Source of the DNA: Lama guanicoe
Lineage: Eukaryota
Direction of reading: 5' to 3'
Assembly (NCBI GenBank): GCA_013239625.1
Contig: MU053271.1
Span: 85,289-105,288, forward strand
Length of the DNA stretch: 20,000 nucleotides
This document shows, one piece after another, positions 1-9,972 of the stretch. Under the pieces are notes generated by a model. It saw nothing but the letters and a program-made list of their open reading frames with translations, did not search any database and had not been told where the DNA came from. The number at the start of each line of letters is the position of its first letter. Within the stretch, counting starts at the first letter, position 1. The translations under genes were made by a program, and so were the position numbers.

Positions 1-1560
1 GATGTAGCATTTTACAAAACTTTGAAAAGAATTTTCTTAAAATGAGAATTGACTATCACATCACTTAAATACTGTTTTTCAATGTGAAATCGAAGGAATT
101 TTTATAAAATGGCTTGTGAGATTGTATGAAAAGTTACTTTCGAACTTACATTCCAAGTAGCTTTAAAAAGAGTAAGGATGAAATATTTATACTTATTTGG
201 TGAGCTGAGTACATAGAATTTTTGTATGGCCAATTTCATTTAGACAATTTTTAGTATAATTTTAGGATTTTGATGTAGTTTTCAATGTATCACTTATCAT
301 GTACATGGGGTTTTGTTCTTCATTGGCTCTTTAGAGAAAAAAGTTAAAGTTTTATTCATTCATGGATTGATCCTAACTTGTTTGTTATGTTATTGTATCA
401 CAGATGTTTTCTAGACATAGTGATATAGCCTAAAATCTACATCACGTTATTTTTATAAAAATAATGTAAAGTGACAGACTGATTTCACACAATAGAAACA
501 AACTTTAGCATCACAGTTTTAAAAAGTCTTTGTAAGTATACAGTAAAATCGTACTTTATTTCTTTATAGTCAAACAAAAGATCTCTGAATGAAGATTCAG
601 AGATTTCTTGGTTTTTGTCTAAATTTAAATTGCCCTCTACTGTCACAAACATGTACTGCTGACAAAGAGAAAATTTGACAAGTATGAAATCAAAGTCTAG
701 ACAGTGAGGAATGGAAGAGAACTAAGAGAGGTAATGGTGCTCTGCCCTGGGGCAATTCAGTTTGTAATGTTCTAGCAGTAAATAGATGCACCCTCACTCC
801 AAGTTAAACGTTACTTAAAATTATTTGTAAGTTTATAAACTGTTGCTTCATTGCTTCTTTTCTTTTTCCTTAGCTTTGGTTTTAAAACTGACATTTCACT
901 TTGGTGTCATTTACATTTTACTATAATAATCTGAACGGTGCGTATTACGACTGTCAGGATAAAAGTTAAAACTACCCATATCCTGATATTTTTATTTCAC
1001 TCTTGAGGAATATTGTTTAGACGGCTTTTCCCCCATCTTTTTCAATATCAGAACATTTTAATTTTAACTAGGAATTATATGTACTTGAAATGAAAAATAT
1101 TCATCATTACTCTGAAAGAATAAAGCTAAGTAATCAGTTGATACAGTGTGGGGGGAAAAAAATCCAGACTTTTAAAAATATCATGCAAACAAGTGGTTGC
1201 CTATTTAAGTTCACTCTTAAAGAAGGTATTTAAACATTAAGAAGACAGTTGTAAGCGTGCTCTGTGTGTTTAAGTGTAAGCTTGGTACAATCTTTCAATT
1301 AAAGTCAGTGACCTCCCCCCACAATTTTTGCCATAAGAAATTCAGGCTAGTCAATAATGCTAAGTTGTATTTTGCAATGTCCTACAAAGTTGTGAAACTT
1401 GAGGTTAGTGACAGACATAAGTGAACAATTTTTGAAATGGTTACTGACATGTTTTATTAAAGCACTGGATGGTATATTTTAAAAAGATAACATTTTGATT
1501 GAATTTTAACTTTTTGTAATAAATCAATAATTCGAAGTGAAATTAAAGAAGCACTGATGT
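1..1560 (+). other. Probable distal 3' UTR of an unidentified upstream gene
   Basis: About 1.5 kb that is AT/U-rich, with no recognisable interspersed repeat and no ORF in the track. It ends in clustered poly(A) hexamers. UTR status is inferred and the gene is not recognised. Confidence 0.55.
1515..1547 (+). terminator. Polyadenylation signal cluster
   Basis: TGTA (CFIm-type) at 1515-1518 overlaps AATAAA at 1518-1523, with ATTAAA at 1542-1547. More proximal hexamers lie at 1119-1124 (AATAAA), 1298-1303 and 1456-1461 (ATTAAA). Confidence 0.5.
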
Positions 1561-2679
1561 AACTAAGGGATAGGAAAGCTCACAAGTTGTCAAGTGTCCA
1601 GCACGTGTAACAGGTCTTGGCTAACTAGCTCCATGAAATACTTGGTCTCTATTTCAAGCAAGAACAAACTAGAAATATAAATAATAAGTATAAAAATGAA
1701 TAGAAATAAATAATTGGGGGAAGAGTTTACATAAAAATCAAGGTTTTTATAGCTCTTATGTCAGATACATGTAGAGACAGTTTTTGAGTTTAATAAGCCA
1801 GTCAGGACTTCAGCTGTCACTGGCGGGTAGAGAAGCCCAGAGAGCTAGTTTCCAGGAGCGCAGCCCTCAGGCAGCCTCCCTGTTCCCAGTGCTTTTCTTC
1901 TCTCTGCCTCTTAAGCTCCTCTGGTTGATTTCTAACTTTTTCACATCCCAAATGTCCAAGTTGCCTTCTGTGAGGAAGAAGGTCATTCAGACAGCACTTA
2001 GTGTTGATGCTTTCCTGACATGAAGGGTTATAGCTGTCAGGGGGATATGAGCGCTTCCAAACAAGCAAATGGACACATGAATGAGAGAGAGAGGCCAAAC
2101 TTACCCAAGGTTGGTGGTTCTCCGGCGGTGGTAGAATTCAGAGGTGATTTGGAGAAAGAGAAGCTTGTTGGATAAAATAACGTTACCTGCCATCAAAGTT
2201 AAAGGCTGGCTCTGTTCGAAGCAAATAGCACACCAGTCTTCTCAACTGTCTGACAAAGCCCGGGGATCTAGTATATCTAAATACTTCCTCTGGCTGTTTT
2301 GAGTACTTAAGGGCAAATCTACTAACCCAAGTATATACTTCAACCTAATTTCTGTGGAATCGCCATTTCTCTTTATCTGTGCTCAGTTATATTCCACTAT
2401 TTGGAAACAAATTGCATAGGTAATATTAATCCTATCCCATAAAGATGTGTCCACATTTAAAAAAAAAAAGTCTAATGCTATGGTATCCTAAATGACCAAC
2501 TAAACAGTACTTCTCTTTCTGTTGCTTTTTTAGAATCAACTCTTCTCTTCTGAATTCACTTTAAGATAGTCTAATTTCTAATTAATCTAATCTAATTTAT
2601 AATAGATCCTTGTTTTCTGGTGTAAGTACTGTTCATCATTATAAGTCAGTTTAAGAAAAGTTTAAATCAAGGGGTTTGA

Positions 2680-2978
2680 TATCCTCTGGCCAATGATGAG
2701 CTCAGGTAGGCCCATGGAATTCTTTCTTCTAACAAAAGGAATTCTGAGTTAAATGTTACAAGACAGAAAAAAAAAATTGGCTCCCTGAAGAGATTAGTTT
2801 TTATTTCCTATTACAGGGAACCTGGGAGCCACTCCCATTGTCCTTTTTGGGGCGCCTGGTTGTCCAACTGTCTCCTAGTTTCTGTGGGCTGCCCAATATC
2901 CTTCTGATAAATTCTGTTTCTCTGTAAGCTAGCCAGTCATTTGCTTTTGTTGGCTGCCAAATAAATCTAATTGACACA
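2680..2978 (+). mobile_element. Degenerate MaLR LTR (MLT1 family)
   Basis: The 3' end CCTTCTGATAAATTC...TAAGCTAGCCAG...TTTTGTTGGCTGCC...CTAATTGACACA resembles the MLT1 LTR terminus. The 5' boundary is uncertain. Confidence 0.6.
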
Positions 2979-3039
2979 ACGCATGCCCTTCTCAGTGAGC
3001 AGCTCACAGACTCACCGGTGTTGTTTAAAAACAAGAGAG

Positions 3040-3380
3040 GGACAGCTCAATGAAAAATCTCAACAGTAAAAAAATAAATATTCCAATTAGAAAATTGGCA
3101 GAAGATTCAGAGAGACATTTCACAGAAGAGGATATACAAGTGGCAAATAAGCACATGAAAAGATGTTCAATATCATTAGCCATTTGGAAATCACAAATTG
3201 AAACCATGATGGGATATCGCCTATAGGAAGAATAAAATAAAAAGTAGTAGCAACACCAAATGTTGGCAACTGTGCAGAGAAACTGCATGACTCCTACATT
3301 GCTGGTGCAAATGAATGTAAAATGGTTCAGCCACCCTGGAAAACAGTTTGGCAATTTGTCATTAAAAAACAAACTTACAT
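3040..3380 (+). mobile_element. Old LINE-1 (L1M, L1MC/MD-like) ORF2 3' fragment
   Basis: Hallmark L1 ORF2 3' motifs: GGCAAATAAGCACATGAAAAGATGTTCAATATCATTAGCCATT and GTAAAATGGTTCAGCCACCCTGGAAAACAGTTTGGCA (VQPPWKTVW). Confidence 0.9.
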
Positions 3381-3900
3381 ACATCTCAAAAATTTTCTCC
3401 TAGAACAGTCTACCCAAACAATAGAAATAAAAGCAAGAATAAACAAATGGGACCTAATGAAACTTACAAGCTTCTGCACAGCAAAGGAAACCATAAGCAA
3501 AACAAAAAGACAACCTACGGAATGGGAGAACATTTTTGCAAATGAAACCGACAAAGGCTTGATCTCCAGAATATATAAGCAGCTCATACGANNNNNNNNN
3601 NNNNNNNNNNNNNNCAAAAATGGGCAGAAGACCTACAAGCAATTCTCCAAGGAAGACATACAAATGATCAATAGGCACATGAAAAAATGTTCAGTATCGC
3701 TCATTAACAGAGAAGTCCAAATCAAAACTTCAATGAGGCATCACCTCCTCACAATGGTTGGAATGCCCTTGGTTCTACAGACACACAACAAAGGCTGAAG
3801 AGGCTGTGGAGAAAAGGGAACCCTCCTCCACTATTGGCAGGAATGTAATTTGGTGCAGCCACTGTGGAAAACAGTAGGGAGATTTCTCAAAACACTAAAA
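3381..3900 (+). mobile_element. Younger, 5'-truncated LINE-1 ORF2 fragment nested in the old L1M
   Basis: The open frame ...KARINKWDLMKLTSFCTAKETISKTKRQPTEWENIFANETDKGLISRIYKQL... is classic L1 ORF2p C-terminal sequence. It restarts upstream of the point already reached by the old element, so it is a separate insertion. Contains the N gap. Confidence 0.93.
3592..3614. other. Assembly gap (23 N)
   Basis: Run of N seen directly in the sequence. Confidence 1.
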
Positions 3901-4169
3901 CCAAACTCTCCAAAACCATTTGTTGACCTCAGGGGCAGACGGACAACCTCCCAAAGACCAGGGCATCTCACGTTTATTCCACCACAGGTCGCCTGTGACC
4001 GGGAGGGTCCAGGGTGACATGCACTTGCTGGGCAGGACCACCTAAGCAGGAAGGCCATGACCCCAGGGGCAGTCGGAGGCGCCCTCCTACCTCCTGGGGC
4101 TGCACCCGCTTTCCAAAACACGCCTATGTGCAGCAGCAAAGATGCCAGTTTCAGTGAATACTAACGGGG

Positions 4170-4620
4170 GGGGCATCTTAATCACGGTTGCGGGCCGAAA
4201 CCCGCGTCAGGGCCCTAACACGCTGCAAGGCCCGAACCTCACCTACGAACTCCTACCTCTACGCCTCCCCAAAGGAGCACAGGCCTCATCTGACGGCTCC
4301 ACGACCTCCGCGCACCTTAGATGCATGGCGAAGGCAGCCAGGTGAAGACACATGGCGGCCGAGACCCGGAGACGCGTTCCTCCTCTAGGAGATGGTCCAG
4401 AAGAAACCGGCTCCCGCTCAGCTTCTAAAGGCTCTGCGCGGGTACCAGAGTACGCGCATCAGTGCGCACACGCGCATACGCGCCCCTCCTCTTCACGCCT
4501 GCAGCTAAGACCCTAGGGATGCGGATCCTGCTGTACCGGACATGCGACTGCGGCACAGTGAGGAAGACAAGGGTTGGCTAGGAACGGGCAGTGGGGGTTG
4601 GGCAAACGGCCGGAAGGGAC
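4170..4620. other. CpG-rich, island-like segment of uncertain authenticity
   Basis: CpG density is visibly much higher than in the rest of the window. It carries GCGCAY-type repeats at 4451-4484, CATGGCGGC at 4351-4359 and CCGGAAG at 4610-4616. Confidence 0.4.
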
Positions 4621-5021
4621 GGCTGGGACCCAAACCATAACGTCCCCACCAGCACACCAACCAGGCACACACACAACTACCGGAACGGGCCACACGACAT
4701 CCACAAAACCCAGTTACGCAGCTCATCTAGGCCACGTCCCAGGTCACTGTTTCCACACCCACAACCAAGCCTCCACCCAAACAAGACCCAGAAAACCTGT
4801 CTGCTTTTCCTCACACGAAAGATACCGCCACCACATTCTGCCCCATTAAGTCCTAAGCTACAGTCCCTGCAAACCAAGCTGACCCCTCATGCCTCACCCC
4901 AGGTCCCCCCACCATCCACAGATGATCCCCTTCTCCGGGGATTAGCCCCTACCCCTCAGCCGGATACCGCCAACTCCCAGCGCCCCTCACCCAGGGACGG
5001 CCACGTCACTCCTCAGCTGGG

Positions 5022-5207
5022 TCAATGGATTGTATCAATGTCAAGGCCCAACCAAGGCACTGTACAACCAGTGACATTGTACAATACTTTTACAAGCTGT
5101 TGTCACTCTAGGAATATGAGTAAAGGTACACAGAATCTTTCTTTATTACTTCTTAACAACTCCACATGAATCAACAATTATCCCAAAATTAAAATTTAAC
5201 TTTAAAA
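5022..5207 (+). mobile_element. Old LINE-1 (L1MC/MD-like) 3' terminus
   Basis: TGGATTGTATCAATGTCAA...GTAAAGGTACACAGAATCTTTCTTTATTACTTCTT...CATGAATCAACAATTATCCCAAAATTAAAA matches the remembered L1M 3' UTR end. Probably the continuation of 3040-3380. Confidence 0.8.
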
Positions 5208-5225
5208 TCCCTTACCTAATACGAT

Positions 5226-5251
5226 GGAAGGAAGGGAGGGAGGGAGGGAAG
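5226..5251 (+). repeat. (GGAA/GGGA)n purine simple repeat
   Basis: GGAAGGAAGGGAGGGAGGGAGGGAAG seen directly. Confidence 0.85.
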
Positions 5252-5304
5252 AAAATTAACCTTTACTCTGTGTGGATTTACCATGTTGCAAAATCCAGGT
5301 TCTT

Positions 5305-5430
5305 TAACACCTGATTGGAGATAACTATTATCCCCATTTTACAGACGAGGAAACAGGCTTAGAGAATAACTGTCCCGTTCTCAGAGGCACACTTTGAGGG
5401 GTCAAGAGTCAAGCCCTGCTCTCTGACTCT
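5305..5430 (-). mobile_element. MIR SINE
   Basis: Reverse-complemented MIR core: ATTATCCCCATTTTACAGACGAGGAAACAGGCTTAGAGA. Confidence 0.85.
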
Positions 5431-6114
5431 CCCTCTGCCGGCCTCCATCCTTTAGCCAAACTCAGCCATCAATCACAGGTAGGCAATGACTGCGTTACTC
5501 AAGAGGAAACTGAAGCCAGACTGTAAGATGCAGTCCACAAAATTCATGATTCCTTTCCCAACCCCCTGCTCATTTTACTTGGTCCCTTTTTCATATGGAT
5601 CAGGTTTTTATTTCTGCATTTACTGTGCACACAAATTACAGATGAGAACACCTACTACACAAGTCATTACTCAGAGAAGCATCTCCCCAACTGCCACTGG
5701 GCGACCACCGAACAGCTCGTGGTTAAATTGCCTGTGATGGGGGGGGCAGGGCTGTGCCTGTGCTAATATTAGGAAAGAAGGAGTTACACAGAGAGGACTC
5801 GTGGGGCACGAGGAGGGACAGCAGTACTGAACCAGGGAGAAAGGAAGAGAGCTGGTGGGGAGCAGAGGGAAGGGGTCTGCCCAAGTCAGAGGCTTCTGTA
5901 AAGGTTGGTTCCTCTGCCAAAGAGTAGAATTGCCCCATGTCATTATTCATATTTCCATGAAAGAACCAACCAGAATCCCCATTCTTCAAACCTCCTCCAT
6001 TCCTGAACTCTGTCACCACCACGTCAGCTCAGAGAAGGAGTATTTGCATCCGCATGCTGGCATGGTTCAGGAGCTGGAGGAAAGTTACCAAGAGGCAAAA
6101 GTTACACTACTATA

Positions 6115-6995
6115 CTCACATCCTAACAATTCAGTAAGAAAAAAGGCCAACAATCCAGTAAAAATTGGGCAGAGAATATGAACAAGCAGTTCTCAGGAAG
6201 TCTAGCCTAGAAACATATGAAGGATGCTCAACCTTAGTCTTCATAAAAAGGAAATGCAAATGAACACCACAATAAGGTACCATTTTTTTTAACCTATCAG
6301 ATGGACAAAGATCAAAATGTTTGGTCACACGCTGAACTGCCCAAAGTGCAGAGAAACCATCACTCTCAAAGGCTGGGGAGCGTGTAAATGGGCACAGTTT
6401 CCATGGATGGCAATTCTGCATTCTCTATCAAAATGTTTGACGCATGTACCCATTGACCCATAAATCCTACTGCTCTAGAGTGTATTCCACATTCTTGCAT
6501 ATATGTATGCAGAGTTGGGTGTACGAGGCTATTCATTGCAGCACGGTTTATAGTAACAAAAGATGGGAGACAGCCTGAATGTCCACCAACAGGGGACTGC
6601 TTAAATAAACTGCCACACATCCATACAATGGAAATCTTTATGGCTGTTAAAGAAGAATGAGGCAGCTCTTTATGTACGGATATGAAACCATCTCCAAGAT
6701 ATATTGTTAAGTGACAAAAGCAAAGTGCTGAACAGTGTGATCAGACTGCTGCTGTTCGTGAGGGTTTTTTAAGGATATACACACACACACATACATCTTC
6801 ACTGATCTCTGCAGAGGATCCCCCTGGAAGGATGATAATTTTTGCAATATGCGGTTTTGTAGAGGAAAAGGGGGCTCTGGGGGCTGGGAACAAGTTAGAA
6901 GGGAGGCGTCTGACTCACTGTTGACCTTGTTTAAAGTTTGGTTGGTGGTGTGTGTATGTATAGCCCATTCTAATTGGTTAGCGATCATTTTTTTA
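6115..6995 (+). mobile_element. Old LINE-1 (L1ME-like) ORF2 end plus 3' UTR
   Basis: CAACAATCCAGTAAAAATTGGGCAGAGAATATGAACAAGCAGTTC, GAAATGCAAAT, CCTGAATGTCCACCAACAGGGGACTG and CATCTCCAAGATATATTGTTAAGTGA. The frame is disrupted. Confidence 0.9.
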
Positions 6996-7009
6996 AAGCC
7001 TCTGTTGTT

Positions 7010-7580
7010 TCTTCTTGCCTGAGAATCAAAGCTCTTGGCCTAACACTCAGGGCCCTTCATAGTTTGACTCAAGCCTTCATCTCTTGACAAGTCACCCCAA
7101 GCACATGCCTCTCAAAGCACACAGAATTTTTCATTTCTCCCAAACACGTCATGCTTTTTCAAGCCTCAGGACATTTGCACTTGCTGTTTTCTGTGTCTGG
7201 AATGCCCCTTCTCCCACCCACACACATACACATCCTCACTTGCCTTATACAAGCTTACCCACCTTTCAAGACCCGAAACAAGACTCCCAGAATGTGGCCC
7301 TCCCTGACCACCCCCAGGAGAGTTAGTCCCCTTCCTCTGTGCCCTCAGTACCTGGATAGGCCTCCATCCTAGCATAACTGGGATTGCACCTAGACAGGAA
7401 TGCGCCTGCTTCTGGCTCACTTTCAAAAGTGGGCTGCTGATTTGATCTGTCCCCACTGACCGCCAATAGAGGTCAAACCTACACGGATGCCCCCTTTCCC
7501 AGGGAGTGGGCAACAGAATAGAGTCCGACAGAATGGTTCACGGACCCCATAAATGGAGGTCTCAATGCACATTAACTGGT
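7010..7580 (+). mobile_element. LINE-2 3' fragment
   Basis: L2 3' motif GCCTCAGGACATTTGCACTTGCTGTTTTCTGTGTCTGGAATGCCCCTT, with a degenerate terminus near 7550-7580. Confidence 0.75.
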
Positions 7581-8369
7581 TCATGACTCTGAGCAATCTT
7601 GCAAATAAAAATTCTGTTAAATCCACTTAGTCAGCATGCCCCTCACTCTTTAAACACAGAACTTGGTTTCCCTTGGAACACTGATTAACATCCTGCAGAT
7701 CTAGTGCTGTGTGGGCAAGGAAAACTGTGAAATGCTGACCTTTAGCAATGCCCAGAGAGCTTCTTTAATTCAGAACTGTAATGGAAAACAAAGGGATTTG
7801 GAATCTGAGGAGTCGTCCTGAATAAAATCTCCACGAAGCCTGCCAAACCAGTTAAATTATAAATCCTACAACTTAAATAAATACTAGGAGTGTTTCAGGT
7901 TTCATTGTCCAGGTCCTCTTTGCTAAAGAACGGGCAACTCCCCACCAAGGAGGAGACTCTCCACCCTGGCTCAGGACTTGGCTGACTCTAGTTTGCCATC
8001 TCGGGCATCATGATGGAACCTGTGTCCCTTAAATGGGAGTCCCGTCCCACCTGTTGCCAGGAACAGTCTCTACTGTGTATGAGGGCTTTTAACTCCAACT
8101 AGGGAACATTCTCAGGCTCAGATGCAATTCCTTGCTCATTGTTCTCACTTTCAGCAGAGCCTTCACCACTATCTCTGCAGTTCTGGCTACTACCATTGCT
8201 CAGGCATGGAGGCAGGTTCCCAGAGATGGGCCATTATGTGCACTTTAAGATCTAGGCAATCCCTTCCGTGATTAACTTGTAGCAAAAGCAATAGAATACA
8301 AAGGTTAAGGTAAAAGAAAAAGATCCAATATGGAGTCAGATTTGTTCTTCCCCATTATATTATATCTTA

Positions 8370-8461
8370 CTATTACTTCAGTGGTCAACAGGCAGCTTCC
8401 CTCTTCAAGGTTAATCTCAGACCCAAGTTCCTTCCACCTCATGGCTCCACCATCCTCTAGG
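8370..8461 (-). mobile_element. MLT1-type LTR fragment
   Basis: CAGACCCAAGTTCCTTCCACCTCATGGCTCCACCATCCTCTAGG resembles reverse-strand MLT1 (K/L-like) sequence. Confidence 0.5.
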
Positions 8462-8462
8462 A

Positions 8463-8700
8463 CAGTGGTTTTCAATCTGAAGTGGTTTTATCTCCCCCCC
8501 ACCACTACCTCACCTCAGGTATTTTCAATGCCTGGAGAGATTTGTGATTATTATGATGGGGGAAGAGAGTGCTTCTGGCATTCGCCAGGCAGAAGCCAGG
8601 TATGCTGCTAAATATTCTACAATACACAGGACAACTTCCCACAACAAAAATTTATCCAGCCCAAAACATCAATATTGATGCTTCTAAATACTGAAACCTT
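8463..8700 (+). mobile_element. MER20 (hAT-Charlie non-autonomous DNA transposon)
   Basis: Starts CAGTGGTTTTCAA and contains GCCAGGTATGCTGCTAAATATTCTACAATACACAGGACAAC...CACAACAAAAATTTATCCAGCCCAAAACATCAATA, colinear with the MER20 consensus. Confidence 0.9.
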
Positions 8701-8707
8701 CTCTACC

Positions 8708-8905
8708 AGATCTTAACCTGGGGTCCACCAATCCTAAGGAGTCCTTGGGGAGAACTTTATTTCAACACAATTGGTTTCCTTTGTAACCCTATGGATTTTA
8801 CTTCAATCACAATTATGATTGAGTAACACGTTGCTGAGTAGGGGAACAGAAGCATCACTAACCCACCGAGTGGTCTGTGGGACACACAAAGGTTAAGAAT
8901 CCCTG
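8708..8905. mobile_element. hAT-Charlie non-autonomous element (Charlie4z-like)
   Basis: Inverted ends TCTTAACCT (left) and AGGTTAAGA...CCCTG (right), with internal ATTGGTTTCCTTTGTAACCCTATG. Subfamily name is tentative. Confidence 0.7.
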
Positions 8906-8944
8906 CTAAGAACACTGATTAAAGGTCTACATGTCTATCACTGT

Positions 8945-9003
8945 AATGCACCGTACTAGTAGAATAAGGGACAAAAATGACATGACTGTCTCAGTAGATG
9001 CAG
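8945..9003 (+). mobile_element. Short L1 ORF2 (RT region) fragment
   Basis: AGAATAAGGGACAAAAATGACATGACTGTCTCAGTAGATGCAG resembles the L1 ORF2 KDKNHMIISIDA-coding motif. Confidence 0.6.
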
Positions 9004-9004
9004 G

Positions 9005-9140
9005 GCAGGGTTTTCTGGGCTGGTGAAAATGTTCTAAAAATCAGATTGCGGTGATCGTTTCACAACTCTTAAAATCCACTGAATTATGTACTTTAAATAG
9101 GCAAATTTTATGTCTGTCAATTCCACCTCAATAAAGCTGA
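9005..9140 (+). mobile_element. L1M 3' terminus (copy 1)
   Basis: GGTGAAAATGTTCTAAAA...GATTGCGGTGATCGTTTCACAACTC...CACTGAATTATGTACTTTAAA...CCTCAATAAAGCTG. Confidence 0.85.
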
Positions 9141-9154
9141 TTTTTGTTTGTTTC

Positions 9155-9311
9155 CAAAGGGATGTGAAACTTTCGGGAGTCATGGGTATGTTCATTATCT
9201 TGAATGTGATGGTGGTTCTCCAGGTGTACACATATGTGAAATCTTTTCAGATTACACACTTCATGTGCCATTTATTGTTTACCACTTATACCCCTATAAA
9301 GCTATAAAAAA
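9155..9311 (+). mobile_element. L1M 3' terminus (copy 2)
   Basis: AACTTTCGGGAGTCATGGGTATGTTCATTATCTTGAATGTGATGGTGGTT...ATAAAGCTATAAAAA. Confidence 0.85.
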
Positions 9312-9314
9312 TTC

Positions 9315-9510
9315 AGCAGCATTTGTTGATGGAATGAGTGGGACAGGAGATGGGGAGAGAAAGGTCATGTGTGACCCCCCCCCAAGTTCCTGGCTTGAGC
9401 CCCTGAGGGCCAGAGGTGCAAGTTCCCGACGTGGGAATATTCAAGACAGGAGAGAGTTGCAGGAGGCTGGAGAGAGGGATTTAGAGTTTCCCTGGGGACG
9501 GGTGCCTCAC
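9315..9510 (-). mobile_element. LINE-2 fragment
   Basis: GGTCATGTGTGACCCCCCCCCAAGTTCCTGGCTTGAGC resembles the reverse-strand L2 motif GATGACTCCCAGGTTTCTGGCTTG. Confidence 0.55.
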
Positions 9511-9512
9511 CC

Positions 9513-9551
9513 AGAGGGAGAGGGAGAGAGAGAGAGAAAGAGAGAGAGAAA
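9513..9551 (+). repeat. (GA)n-rich simple repeat
   Basis: AGAGGGAGAGGGAGAGAGAGAGAGAAAGAGAGAGAGAA seen directly. Confidence 0.9.
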
Positions 9552-9811
9552 CAGAAAGTCTGAGAGGTAACCCCTGGGGAGCAAGTGAGGATGGAAAAAG
9601 GATCAGGGAAGGGGAAGGTAGGGTGAGAACCAGACCCAAAAGTCCCCAGAGACCTTACAAGAGTATCTTGGACCACGGGCCCAGAGCAGAGGTCTGCTTG
9701 AGCCTGGTCACAAGGCTTGAAAAGGGGGATGTCTTTGGAAGGACACAGGAAGAAGAGGACGTCCTGCTCCTCCCCCAACCTGATATATATATACATCTCC
9801 ATGTTGAGATC

Positions 9812-9972
9812 AGTGTAATTACCCCAATGGACAGACAAGAAAACTGAGGATCACAGAAGTTGAGACATCTCCCAAGATCACAGAGCTTATATGTAGCCTC
9901 CCATGTGGGACTTCTTTTGGGCACCAAGGTGCCCAGAATAAGGTTCATAGGGGCTAGGTTTAAACCTAGCAC
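9812..9972 (-). mobile_element. MIR SINE
   Basis: CCCCAATGGACAGACAAGAAAACTGAGGATCACAGAAGTTGAGACATCTCCCAAGATCACAGAGCT...GGGCTAGGTTTAAACCTAG. Confidence 0.75.

Noticed and set aside
2687..2751. C/D box snoRNA-like pattern (ATGATGA at 2693-2699, CTGA at 2744-2747, internal GAATTC hairpin)
   Set aside because: The terminal stem relies on two G-U pairs, I see no D'/C' boxes or recognisable guide, and it appears to lie in MLT1 LTR-derived sequence. An Infernal/snoscan search would settle it.
3322..3798. 158-aa ORF as a host gene
   Set aside because: It is a chimera of two L1 ORF2 fragments and spans an N gap.
4190..4205. GC hairpin GCGGG-CCGAAA-CCCGC resembling a terminator or structured RNA
   Set aside because: A 5-bp stem is expected by chance in GC-rich DNA, there is no U-tract, and the region is of doubtful quality.
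4591..5169. 192-aa Pro/Thr/His-rich ORF, the longest in the track
   Set aside because: The T-poor composition suppresses stop codons, it starts at GTG, it runs into an L1M 3' UTR, it has no recognisable domain, and the underlying sequence is suspect.
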